Assembly (NCBI GenBank): GCA_040285825.1 | Contig: JAUPSS010000002.1 | Span: 3,844,001-3,908,000 of the forward strand | From: Eukaryota sp. TZLM1-RC | Lineage: Eukaryota > Protista > Metamonada: BaSk clade | Length of the DNA: 64,000 nucleotides | Direction: 5' to 3' | Part shown: piece by piece, positions 24,101 to 35,907 of the stretch | How positions within the stretch are numbered: the stretch's first letter is position 1 | Layout of the letters: every line of letters begins with the position of its first letter | Notes under the pieces: generated by a model | Databases searched by the model: none | What the model was told of the DNA's origin: nothing | The model's input: only the letters and a program-made list of their open reading frames with translations | Translations under genes and position numbers: made by a program

Positions 24101-24233
24101 TGTTGTAATGTGGACAATTAGTCTAGTTCATTTACTATCATAGATACTTCACTAGTGATGGCCTTTATAAGGGCCAGTGAAATTCAATAAATTATCTTAC
24201 CTTTTTGCTGTTACCATTATGTCACAGGCATCA
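24101..24233 (+). repeat. 5' LTR of element A (TG...CA, includes gag ATG)
   Basis: Starts tgttg; contains the tcactagtga palindrome, TTTATAA and AATAAA. The end ggcatca is placed by analogy with element B (ggcaaca) and the solo LTR (agcatca). Confidence 0.75.
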
Positions 24234-27200
24234 TTATTTAATGGCTTGAACGGCCATGATGTTAGCAGTAACATCCCTCCAATCACGGAGAGTATTCCTC
24301 CATCTAAGGAGAGTCCTTCCTCACGAAAGAGTAGTCCTTCCTCGCGGAAGAGTAATCCCCCCCTTGAGGAGACGAGAACTTCACTTGTGAAGAATGCTGC
24401 TCCTGCGGAGAGTAACATAAACGACCACACCTGTGACCCAGATAACATTCTCCCAAATGGGATGAAATTAGCTCTTGGTGCGGGAAACCAACAACTTCCT
24501 TCTAAAAAGACGAAAGGAGATGGAGAGGATACCTCCATGAACCCTCCTCCCTCCCCGTCCAAAGAAGTTCATGAAGACTCGTCTTCTGTTACTGTTATTT
24601 CCTCTCACACGGGAACATTTAACCGAAACAATGGAACTGGGGATGAGGATAGTGATAAACCCCGCACTGACCTAGAAGAATCCTAGAGGAAATCAACAAG
24701 AAAACTATCGATCAATTAATAAACACCTATGGAATTTGGATTGATGAATTGCCTCGAGGTAGTAGAGTCGTTAGCAAATTGGGTGACGCTATATATGCTC
24801 TCGGACAATCTTTCGGGCAGAAATTGAAAAAATTCGAGAACCTGGAATTATCAAATGTGAAAATCTTATTTGGCAACAAACCTTCGTTCAAAAGAGCTAG
24901 CCAGTCAAGAGGTTCCTCAAGAATGCACATTAGAGGTTCTAAGGTTAGCGGTAAACCAAAACATCAACCCAAGCAAATTCTTCCTGGGCAATGGTGTGAC
25001 GTTTGTAATACAGATAGACACGCTGAAGACAAACGCTTTTCAGTAGTAGGTCCGTTTCAACAAAATGAAGCAACTCGTAAAAGAGAATATGCCATTGAGT
25101 TTACCCCCAGCAGATAACCGTGTCCTCATTAGTTGGGACGCATCAGACATTGCTATTGGCGGCGTCATTTGGGAAGAATATGATTTTTGTGAACACAATG
25201 GCACTCCTCGCATTGACCGCAAGGTCAGACCTATCAGTTTCTTCAGCAAAAATCTCTCCAATTCCCAAAAGAATCGGTCAACAATTCAGAAAGAGCTTTA
25301 CGCCATACTTCTCATCCTAACAGAATCATGCATCGAGAGCTACCTCAAAAGCAGGAAGCTAACGATATTCACAGATTACAGAAACCTCTCATATCTGGTA
25401 ACAGCCCCATATAAAAATCGAATTGTCACATGTTGGTAACCAATACTCAGTGAGTTCGACTTCGAGTTGGTACACACCTCGGGGGAAGACAACTACTGGG
25501 CAGACATGCTATCCAGACAGCTCCCAACGACCGATCCTGTACGCATAAACACAATCAACACAGGCAACACTCATTCATCAGTGAGCGAGATCACCTATGA
25601 ACCGTTTCACCCAATCTATTATATCAGAAACTATAATCCATCAGACGACTCTGCTCTTCCAGACCCAGACGACCTTCGGGATACCCACAAAATCCTCATT
25701 TTAAAAGAGAAATGTGCATCTGCAATCCCCATGTTCGATCCTTGGTTGAGTAGAATTCGTTCAGAGCAAAGACAAGCTGTTGCAGCTCACGAACGTTCAT
25801 TTAATAACTGTTCCGTCAATCATCTTGACCTTTACGTTAGCGAATCAGGCAAGATTATCATCCCGTCATCACTCATCAACGACACGCTCTTGATCATACA
25901 TGGGTATGTATCAGGCGGTCATCCTAGTAGGTCTGAGAGTTTACGCAGGCTATCCTCTAGCGACTACTACTGGCCCAGTATGACTGACGATATGCAGAAC
26001 CATGTGCGTTCTTGTCCATCATGTCAGAAAACGGCACCTGTCCCCGAATCTATCATTTCATCCACCGGATCTCTCTGGGCTGACAAACCCTTTGCGAGAC
26101 TGAACGTGGACACTATTGGTCCACTTTTTCCAGATCAAGAGGCCAATAAGTACATCTTATTATTCGTGGACAGTTTCACTCGGTATACAATACTCGTACC
26201 CCTCAAAGAATTAAATGCACGGCTGACAGCCGACGCTTTGATTTGGAGTGTGTGTGCAATCTTCGGTACACCCTACAGCATTCGCAGTGACAACGGCCCA
26301 GAAATCGCCAACAACGTGTTTAAATCACTCTGCGAATTCTTATCTATCAACGTGACGAACATTATTCCAAATTTCAGTCAATCAAATGGCCTAGTTGAAT
26401 AACGTCATAGAGTCATATTACAAAATTTTAGGAAGCTCCTAATCGATTTTAACGCCTATGACAACTGGTCAGAATACATACCTTTAATTCTTCTTCTTCT
26501 TTTTAATTCTTCTAAGAGCTCTGTCACAGGTTTCAGTCCATTCGAGCTTCTGTTTGGGTCAGACGTCAGTCCCAGAGCTAATCCTTTATCAATTTTCTCC
26601 ACCATCGAAAAGGCTGCCACTGAGGTCCCTTTCAATCTGGATATCCAATCCAAATTCAATCGATTGACAGAACAACGAGAAAAAGCAAAAATCACCCTAA
26701 CATGGAAATCGCTGGAGGAGAAGCCAAGCACGAGTAACCTGCTATTCGAAATTGGATGCTTAATCCTCAAATCATCTAGTAACTCCAAATTACATGAAAA
26801 TTATCTGGGCCCATATCTGGTCATCGACAATCCTAGTAAATCAACTTTATTAATAAAGAATTTAATTACAGGTGTCGACTCTAAGGCTAGCATTTCACAA
26901 TGCAAATTATACCATTCCGATAAGCCCACTGATGACGAGTTTCATCGTATCGTGGCCTCAGGTGATACTGAGGAACATCTTTTATTAGAAGTTCTCAGCC
27001 AGGATGGTAACGAGTGTCAAGTCGTATACGCTGGAGATGTACGAGGCACTGAGCCTGTCGACCACATTATGAATACAAAGGCCTATCAAGCCTTCCTCCA
27101 GACCAACAAGTCACGACCTCCTGTTGGTCAACCTACTCGCAAACAACCAGGTAGAAGAGCCAGAAAAGACCGTCGAAAGGAGGGGAAGAAATAGTGTTAG

Positions 27201-27452
27201 TCTTTACACTATTCTAGAGTTTAGATAGACTTATTTATTTATTCTTGTATATTAGCTTAATGTTTATTGTTCATTCATGGAGACTTCACTAGTGATGGTA
27301 TTGAAGTTCAGTATAGCTCATTTCCCGTCGTAATGAATTACTCTATCTCTGTTCATATGTCTGACTCTAGCCCACAGGCATCATCTAAGGCTAATTTCCC
27401 TGCAGCTAATTCTTATAGCTCTTGTACGAGATCTAAGAGAGGGAAAAGGTAG

Positions 27453-27571
27453 TGTTGTACTGGGGACAATTAGTCTAGTACATTTATTATCATAGAAACT
27501 TCACTAGTGATGGCATTTATAAGGGCCAGTGAAATTCAATAAATTGTTTTACCTTTTTGTTGTTACCATTA
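27453..27571 (+). repeat. 3' LTR of element A (last ~14 nt apparently missing)
   Basis: Follows the PPT; about 92% identical to 24101-24219, then diverges after ccatta. Confidence 0.85.
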
Positions 27572-27732
27572 CTTTAAACTGTGTATATAGTTATTACAAT
27601 CATTGACTTTCTTCATCAACATGTAATAGAAAGATGACATTGAAAAATAACGTGAGTAGGAAGTGGTGCTAGCTGAAGTTATCTGTGGGGTAAAAGGGGT
27701 GTTGAGATAATGATAATTTTATATTTTTTATG

Positions 27733-27843
27733 TGTTGTACTGCGGAAAATTAGTCTACTATATATTTAACTAGTGTTGGCCAGTGAATTGAATAAATACT
27801 TTTATTCTTTACTGTCATAGTTATGTTTAACCTTTCAGCATCA
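27733..27843 (+). repeat. Solo LTR related to family A
   Basis: tgttgtactg...ttagtct...actagtg...ggccagtgaa...aataaa...ttATG...agcatca; flanked by tatg/catg (3 of 4 TSD match). Confidence 0.75.
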
Positions 27844-27984
27844 CATGCTATATGATAGTACTCACTAGCAAGGTTCCTAAGAAGTGTGTGAATTGCAGCT
27901 ACCACAGTCTTCATTATGTAAATGAATACATCAAAAGCACAGATTGGGAGATATTAGTTCCAAGTCATGAACAAAAGGTCGAAG

Positions 27985-28090
27985 TGTAGGTATCTCACTA
28001 GTGAGTACCTTTATATAGAATGACATTTAATAAAATTAACTTTATCTTAACTCTCTTTACATCCAGCTAGCATAATGCCCAACGGCAACA
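27985..28090 (+). repeat. 5' LTR of element B (106 bp)
   Basis: Identical to the reverse complement of 51478-51583; TG...CA termini; palindrome aggta(t)ctcactagtgagtacct; TATATA; AATAAA. Confidence 0.95.
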
Positions 28091-31000
28091 ATAATTATTG
28101 TGCGTATCAGGCACCATTAACAGCAAACAGCAACAGCGCTGTAGACACCCAAAAGATGTCTGGGGTATGTCAGACATCTGTCAGAGGAGACCCTTCTAAC
28201 CCTCCTCTCAACAACTCATCTTCTTCGAGTTCAATGGCAACTCCAGAAAAGGATTCGAGTTCGGGCGAAAAAGGCCTCACTCCTCCTCAGGTTACGGGTA
28301 CGGGTGTAATCCACCCCACTCTTGCCCCCCCCCCCCCCCAACAAATAGATTCGAGGCTAGACACCTCCACTGCTTCAGGTTCGGGTTTAAGCTTCACCAA
28401 GAATCAAATTTCGGCGCAAAACGTCCAATTAAATCAGCGAGGTAAAGTTACGGCGCAAGGCGCCCAATATGTCCACTCGTCGGCGAATACCGCCCTCGTG
28501 ACGACACCAAAGGTCAATTTCGACCTACCTCCAGCTCCCTCCCAAGAGATACAAGAGTTACTCTTGGCACTCACTATGAGTAAGGAAGAAATGGAAAAGA
28601 AGGAACCAACGGACTTCATAGAGTCCCTGGACGAATCAATGTACCCGCAGTGTGAAAACACTGTCGTCGTACAAACTCTCAATGAGACGACTTCGGGAGC
28701 ACAGGAAATCCCCATACAACCCTCAGTGTTGAAAGAGGCAATTGAGCTTTTAGACAAAGAAAGCCATGAGTTGAGCACACGGCCCGCAGAGCGAAGAATG
28801 AGACTCTCGCCTCCCGACACAGAATACAAAAATATAATGGCAAAACCTCGCACAGAACGTGACGACTTTTTGGGGAATAACGCCACCCTCGATGACAAAG
28901 GATTCAGAATTCGGTGGTTAGAGGTAATGGAAGTTGGTACCGACTTCTCTGGGAAACTAGATAGTCCCGAGAACGTCCGCCTCCTACCTGACTGGTTCAG
29001 AGTTGGTATAGACAAAATTTACGAAGAGCTTAGCGCCCCCCGAGAGGACTATACGGTAGTTAGAGAGGTTCATGAATACTACCCAGTCTCACATAGACCA
29101 AATTACGTTGAAATGAGACCAGCCTCACAACCTTTCAGGCTCATATATGAAGAATTAGGGGTCACTTGTAGACGAGATGATATAAACATGACGACAGCAG
29201 TCATTTCCACATACAGGTCTCCTCCTAATAACAGGAACCTCCAAACAGGCGATTCATGGGTACAGAACAAGGTTTTCACCTTCACCCCCATCATTGGTTT
29301 AGAGAATGCACCCTTCAAGAGTATCAGGCCTTTCCGGCCCTCAATTCAACTAAATTTCCAAGATGAATCGAAATCAGTTAAGGAGCTGCATGTAGACACC
29401 TTACCCCAACCAAACACAGGACCAATAGGGTTAGACGTCCTCACAATCCAACCTGGTGATTCATCACAACCGATGGAAGGAGTTCCACAATCCTCGGTTG
29501 ACACCACACACACAACAGGACAAGGTCTTAGTTTACAAGATCTACAGGCAACTGGATCTCAACAACAACACAGTCAAAACCCACTCGATCCACGCCTCAT
29601 ATTAAATCAAAACTTACAGTCCCATGTTGGTTATCATTACAGAACTAAGGCCATAGAACATGCAACCATACACGAGCCCCCTAGACTCGAATTCCCTGAA
29701 ACTCAGATGAAAATAGTACATTTCCTCATGGAATTCGCCCTCTGGAACACAACTGGTAGAGACGGAGCTCAAAACGTCGATCAAATACAGATCCCACAAT
29801 CCAGCACCCCTCAACAACAAGAACAAATAACGAAGATGATAAACAGTTTAGCTCAGTTGATCTCAGTACAGAGTGGAGACTCAACTCACATTCAGCAACA
29901 AATAGACGATTTACAGTCCAAATTGAATAATAGGGAAACACCAAAATTATACAGAATAGATCAAAGCTTCATAAAAAAGATAGGGGTACCTGTTCACTCT
30001 TATGATCTTTTTAGATCAGTCTTATCAACAGTGAATCCCCAGGGAATCTCAGGTTGCATCCATGCCAGAATTATATCTTTCTGGAAACAACAACAACTCG
30101 TGAGCATGGAACCTACAGATGCCGAAATATTATTACTACTGTGTAGGAGAAACCAGTTCACATCATTACATGATGCAAAATTAGCACTTTTTAAACCTAA
30201 ATTCAACTGGCAAAAGGTAAGTACATCCGCCGACACAGAAAGAGAATACGCGATTTATATGGAAAATTTTGGAGACATCTTAAGGATGTGCACATACATA
30301 TCCGACCCATCGGCCAGAATTGAAGAACTCGAATTTTCAAGAGGGGTATTTACACTCCCAATGTCGACCGTAGCTAACGCCTTCTTAACAGGTCTGGACA
30401 ACTTGGCATCAACGAGCAATTTATTCGAGATTTACGGTAAACAATCTTTTTGGAACGACAAACTAGTCTCGTTCAACGATTTAACCAAAGTGGCCAGAGA
30501 GAAACTTTTGTCTTGGATGCAAGCCGCACCGAACAAGGAAACCATCCAACTACTGAGAAACGGGGCGAACAAACCTAAATTAGAAACAGGAGAATTTCAT
30601 TCGTCAGAAAGGAAAAGGAGAACCGACCCTGAAGACCAACAATTCCCTCAATTGAAAAAAGGTAAACACACCAGAGGGGGACAGAAATTTTGTACCTTTT
30701 GTCAAATCCGAGGTCATATTATAACAGAATGTAGGAACCCAACCTGTAGTCGCTCATTGGTCCCTATGAATCAAAGAAAAGGCGCCGGCTATGGTAGAGG
30801 CCGTGGAAACTTTAGTAGAGGCAGTAGAGGCAATTTTAGAGGCCGAAGTAGAGGCCGTGGTAATTTGTATAGAGGAACTAGGGGCCGAGGTGGCCGTGGT
30901 AATAGAGGTAATACATATCGTGGATATAACGTCCTTAATAACAAGTTTAATAACAAAAACAAATCATCACATGTTACAGCTCCCGAATTGAATCAGATTT

Positions 31001-31931
31001 GTTCTTCTACTCAATCGGACCATTCAGCTCAAACAACCCTCTTAAATCCACTCTCTTTCTTGAACAATGGAAATAGCAACATAAATAATCAGATTAATGT
31101 AATAAATAATACAGAAAGAGATTTATGCAACCGAACAGGTAACACTGCTCCTTGTATAAACCACAACAGATCCCAGCAGCCTCAGTTTTTAGAACTTCAG
31201 GTAAGAATTAACAGTACAGTCATAAAAGGCATGATAGATACAGCTGCATATTGTTCTGTCATTTCCCTAGACCTAGCAAATCTGTGTTCAATGTCCATCA
31301 ATGAAAACGACATCACACAATTCATCCCTGCTAGTAACGTATCGACCAATTCGCTTGGAAGTGCACAAGGCATTTTGACGTTCAATGTTGGTAGCATCGC
31401 GAACCAAGTTTCAATAAATCATACTCTCCCCATAATCCCGGGTTCAAACAAATTTTTATTGGGGTAGACATGTTACAACAACTTGGGTTATTGACATCTG
31501 ACCGTTTAGTAATTGTACTAGACGAAGAGCGCCGCACTTTACTAAATGCTGAAACCGAATTTGATAACAAAATTAAAACTCACCAAATCGGTCATGTAGA
31601 ATCTATTCCCAGCAGTGAAGAAGATTTTACCCAGCAATTAGATAGATCTGGATGTGAGATTAAATTAGATGATAGTGAGTATAATAAGAGTTTGTCTGAT
31701 ATATTAGCTCAATACAAGGACGTATTCAGCGAAACGCCCAATAAAGAAGGCATCGATTGTCCACCCATGTCAATCCCCTTTTATAATCCTGACGCTATTG
31801 TACATAAACCAGCAAGGGGTCTCAACCCAAAGAAATTACAAATAGCTAACCAAATTTTTGACGAATTAATCGAAATGGGCTATGCAATTGAATCGAACTA
31901 TAAATTCAGTTCCCCTATTGTATTAGTAATA
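27985..31931 (+). mobile_element. 5' half of young Ty3/Gypsy element B (LTR, gag, protease, start of RT)
   Basis: LTR 27985-28090 preceded by TSD gaag; gag ATG at 28075; CCHC knuckle CTFCQIRGHIITEC; RGG tract; aspartic protease IDTAA...IGVD (1-nt frameshift near 31455); RT start ending at FSSPIVLVI. Confidence 0.95.
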
Positions 31932-32771
31932 TTCACAATCCCTTCTTTTCAGGCAGTCAACAACCAACTGTCCAAAGAACACTTCATCAACTCACTTTGA
32001 AGAAGACTCAAGAGCGGTTGAACACGAAGATGCTGGAAGACATGGCTGCAACGTACTGTTTTGGTGAAGGTCTCCCTCTAACGAAAGTTAGTAGTGGAAC
32101 ATTGCTACAAGACTTGATAGATAAATCAGTTGAGCATTTTAAGTTATATGGACAAGTTTTTCAATTACCTTCTTACACCAAATTACAGTCATCTGTGGGA
32201 CCACGAGTGGTCATTAGTGTAAAAGACGGAATTAAAAAACAACTCACCCAACACAAATTGACAGGATTTTGCCTGGCAATAGATGGTTCTGAAGTAAATG
32301 GCAATTCTTTAATCAATTTTTGTTTGATTGCTCCAGGGAAATCAATTTTCTGGAAAGCTGTCGATGCGGAGACCAATCGAAAGAATGAAACATATCTTAC
32401 CAATTTATTTGAAACCACAATGCAAGAAATCGGCCCTGATTTGGTCAATTGTGTGATAACTGATGCAGCTCCAAATTATCTTAATGCTGCCAATAATTTA
32501 TTCAATATGGTAAAAGTCAAAGGACTCAGGTGTTCAATCAGTTTTTGATGAGTTTCTGAATAAATGTTAGGTTTTGTTATCTTATGGTGAATTGAAAAGT
32601 TACCTTACTTGAAGAGGATTTCGTAAATAGAATGTTCTCTATTAAAATGTACAACATGTTTGTCAAACCAAATAATGATGACTCTACTTTATCAAAAAAA
32701 GATTCTTTAAAGTAAAGTTAAGTAAAGTAAAGTAAAGTGCTTAAAGTACTTTACCACTTTAGTTATCCCTA
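31932..32771 (+). mobile_element. 3' half of an internally deleted hAT transposon (DUF659-like transposase segment plus TIR)
   Basis: Frame HNPFFSGSQQPTVQRTL...GLPL...LAIDGS...INF...VITDAAPN...RC; aaagt subterminal repeats; TIR ctttagttatcccta ending at 32771; flank aaaaaaag (reverse complement cttttttt). Confidence 0.88.
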
Positions 32772-32861
32772 AAAAAAAGTATCAAGGAGAAAATCTTCCA
32801 CTTCTCAAAAACTCAAACCCTATAAATTGGTGCAAAAAGGACACTTATTTCATTGTTATAG
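32772..32861 (+). mobile_element. Displaced 3' tail of the Fanzor at 55058-56392 (last codons plus right end)
   Basis: Reads KSIKEKIFHFSKTQTL*, homologous to NDIKEKIVHLTENQSL of the Fanzor copy at 43.5 kb; ends ...aattggtgcaaaaagg...ttgttatag. Confidence 0.8.
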
Positions 32862-32876
32862 ACATCATCTGTTTCA

Positions 32877-33695
32877 ATGATTACGATAGCTCCATTGCCT
32901 ACTATTAACACTTTAGTTTCTAGTCTAAGGAACATCATTGATACTCTCTCTAAACAAGATGCTTCCGATATGGATCTTACAATTTATCATCATGGCTGTT
33001 ATCTAGTGTCTTCTTTTTGCCATTTACACCTAGTGGATGAACTCAGGTATTGTTTTGTAACACTTGGTCTCCGTTCACTTCCCCATATTGCAGCTACACA
33101 ACATCTGTCTGTTCTACAAGATCTATTCTCCCTTGCCACACCTCCCCAAGGCAGTAGGATGGTAATTCCTATAGCTGGATACATTATTGATCTCTTACAC
33201 AACTTTTCTCTTCCTCTATCTGTCCGATCTGACGCAATCTCTCTCTTAACTAACTTTCTAGCTGCGTTTTCTACATCCCCTAGCTTTGTTGATTTCGCCA
33301 CTCCCATTTCTATCCATTTGGACAAGGTAATTGAACTAGTCAATCAAAATCCAGATTACAATCCAAACCATTTCCTTGTTGATCTTGAAAAACTCTCTGA
33401 TGCTCTCCAGCTCTCACTCTCTTTGATTTCATCTCAACTTTCAGATGCCCCCACCACACTTGATATTTCTACAGCCATCTTATGGGAAGAAACCCTACGA
33501 AGGAAAGGGGAAACTCCTCTTGAAATGCTGGCTTCTGGAGAAGGTGACGTGGCGATGAAGGGACTCAGGGCTTTGAAGAAGAGTAAAAGAAAAGAACATG
33601 AAAGAAAACTTGCTGAGAAGAGGTTTATGAAAGAACAAGAAGCAAAAATTCCAAAGGTGGCAACTGTTAACGCGAGCAATTCTGGTTGGGATTAG
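32877..33695 (+). CDS. Hypothetical protein (272 aa, helical, charged C-terminus)
   Basis: Clean ATG-to-stop ORF followed by a T-rich 3' UTR; no family recognised. Confidence 0.75.
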   Translation: MITIAPLPTINTLVSSLRNIIDTLSKQDASDMDLTIYHHGCYLVSSFCHLHLVDELRYCFVTLGLRSLPHIAATQHLSVLQDLFSLATPPQGSRMVIPIAGYIIDLLHNFSLPLSVRSDAISLLTNFLAAFSTSPSFVDFATPISIHLDKVIELVNQNPDYNPNHFLVDLEKLSDALQLSLSLISSQLSDAPTTLDISTAILWEETLRRKGETPLEMLASGEGDVAMKGLRALKKSKRKEHERKLAEKRFMKEQEAKIPKVATVNASNSGWD

Positions 33696-34581
33696 TCTGG
33701 TTGTTGCTTTTTATTTAGTTTTATTCTAGTCAAGGTTTTTTTCATTTTTCATTTTTTTATTTAAACCAAACTTGTTTCATTTCAAAAATAAACAGTTTAT
33801 CTGTTTTGTATTGACATCTTTTAGCCACCTTTGAGTTAGTTGAATTAAATCAATCTCAACACTGGTAGTTTATAAGCTTCACATGTTTGAAAAGTAAAAA
33901 TCTCATCTTATTAAGCGGAATTAATGTAAAGCGGAATTAATGGTAATAAAGAATGTACAACCACTTTTGATTGTTGTGCCATTTATTCTCAACAAAAATT
34001 GAAAGAATAATTGAATTTATGAAAAGTCAACAAACCAAAGAAAAAGTATCAACAATTTATTCAATTCACCATCAACTGGTTGTCATCATGTTCAATTAAA
34101 TAGAAGAGTTATATATGTGCAGTAATGCTTTATTGAGGACTTTTTAGAGACTTCTTTGGTCAATGAATTCTGTTCTATCATTTTTAATCCTAGTTCAACA
34201 GCTAAATCCTAGTTAAAGTTCAATACTTTCACTAATCCAGTTGCACTTTAATATAACACTCTGTCCGCTCTGCAAGTAACACTACTAAACACAAGCAGCA
34301 CTGATTACAATAACAAATGAAAATCAATGAGTGAATCATTTTCAACTGGTCTAATGGCTGTTTAGTCTATACAATTTTAACAATTTATTTAATAATGTAC
34401 ACTCTACTAATAAGATATTGTCTGAGTGGACACAGTGATTTCAATCAATTAATTCCTGTTACCAAGCATCTAAAAATTCAAATTATTTCCTAAATTTATA
34501 GGGCAAAGTAATTGCAATAATGTGTGGTATTTACAGTGCAAACACAAGACTATTTACAAACTAGAAACAAAAACTAACCCC

Positions 34582-35907
34582 TCACCTTGTACGACTGGAC
34601 ATCGACTGAACTACAGATTGAGCTATAAAAGCCGCCTGATTCTCATCAAATGCTTCCTCGTACAATGCCCTGGCAGCTGGTTGAGGGGGAGAGCTGCTCG
34701 CAAGAGGAGTGACTCCGTAATGGGAGAAAAGCTGAGATCCATATTTTTTCTTCAAAGTTGTAAATCGCAAATGAATCTGCTTATCTGTTCTATTTGGAAC
34801 ATAACGCGAGACTTCGGACCATCTGCCTTCTCCAATGACAGCAACGGCTCTGATTAGTTGAGAGTCCTCAGCAGCTTCCCAGCGTCCCTTTCTGATGTTA
34901 GGCTATGGTTAATAACAAGAGCATCACCACATACATTCAAGACCTTTTCCCAATGTCGGAGACACTGCTGGTCTGTTCTTCCAGGAACTCTGTGATAAGA
35001 TAACAATTAACAAATCAACACACCTTGCAGCAATTAATTTCCAATTCCCGGCCCCAAACTCAGCAACAGCCTGTCTCAACAAATTATCCTCTTCCCTCGT
35101 CCATGCTCCTTTCTTGCTCCTGCGTCTATCAGAGTCACGTTTAGTTTCTCTTATTTCCACCTGTTCCCCTCGTGCTTTCTGAATAGCAGGCTTTAGTACC
35201 CTTTCATAACGATATCTACACTGACCATCAGTTCTTCTCGGAACTTTAGTCGCCACTTGTTTCCAATTCTCAGTCCCAATTACTCTCACTGCATCTAAAA
35301 GCAGACGATCCTCATTTTCATTCCAATGCCCCTTTTTGATGCTAGGAGACAGGACTCTGTTCCAGTGATCTCTGATGGTTTCTTCTCGCCGGTTCAAAAC
35401 TTGGGCAAGTTTCTTGAATGCAATGTCGTGAGGGTATTGGGCGATGTATTCCAATACTAACTGGTCCTCTTCCTGAGCCCATGTATTTCTTCCTCTAGCA
35501 TGATGTCTATTGGGGGAGTAGAGGGGTTGTTGTTGTAAGACAGGGGAACTCTGCTCTGACACTTCCTGCAATTCAGTGAACAGAGCATTGCTTGGTTGGA
35601 ACTCGGGAAAGGTGCGGACGGAAGGAAGATCGGTGAGGGGGATGTGTTCGGAGGAAAAAGGTTGAGGAGTATCCATAAGGGATCCAAGCAGCGTAGTTAC
35701 TTCGTGGTATAGTTGAGGGGGTAGCAGGGGAAGAAGCTCATTGAAGGGAGCTCGGTGCACTAGAATTGAATAAATCGTTTTTGTAATCTGTTCTATTTGA
35801 CATGCAAGGTTGGGAATGACTGCTAGTGCTTCTTGAACATGGGTAGGTATGGGTTCAGAAGACAAACTTTTACGTCTATCGATCGGATTGATTGGGATTT
35901 CAGCCAT
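34582..35907 (-). CDS. Four-repeat Myb transcription factor, about 419 aa; exons 35024-35907, 34935-34989, 34582-34902
   Basis: Myb repeats NTWAQEED, GHWNENED, GAWTREED and GRWEAAED. Removing two GT-AG introns (34990-35023 and 34903-34934) restores [27 protein letters not shown]. Confidence 0.9.
34903..34934 (-). other. 32-nt spliceosomal intron
   Basis: gtatgtggtgatgctcttgttattaaccatag; TTAAC branch-point-like motif; removal restores the Myb frame. Confidence 0.88.
34990..35023 (-). other. 34-nt spliceosomal intron
   Basis: gtgtgttgatttgttaattgttatcttatcacag; removal restores the Myb frame. Confidence 0.85.

Larger units (their letters stand above)
24101..27571 (+). mobile_element. Ty3/Gypsy LTR retrotransposon A, non-autonomous (protease and RT deleted, stops and frameshifts)
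   Basis: LTRs at 24101 and 27453 (9 mismatches over 119 aligned nt); gag ATG at 24219; degenerate knuckle CDVCNTDRH; RNase H (WDASDIAIGG, QKELYAI, FTDY); integrase (GGHP, CPSCQK, VDTIGP, SDNGPE, SNGLVE); chromo-like C-terminus; PPT aagagagggaaaaggtag at 27435-27452. Confidence 0.92.

Noticed and set aside
24095-27574. Non-canonical GTG...CAT LTR termini with a 5-bp TSD tactt for element A
   Set aside because: Element B and the solo LTR show TG...CA ends extending past the ATG with 4-bp TSDs; a truncated 3' LTR and a chance match is more parsimonious, though not excluded.
27857-27867. gtactcactag matching the LTR-B palindrome about 120 bp upstream of the insertion
   Set aside because: A single 11-nt match; cannot be separated from chance.
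31445-31470. Programmed -1 frameshift or TAG readthrough between gag and pol
   Set aside because: The shift falls inside the protease domain and there is no in-frame X XXY YYZ heptamer; a 1-nt deletion or homopolymer error is more likely.
31470-32000. ORFs 31470-32000 and 54410-54883 as genuine fusion proteins
   Set aside because: They are chimeric read-throughs across the inversion breakpoints.
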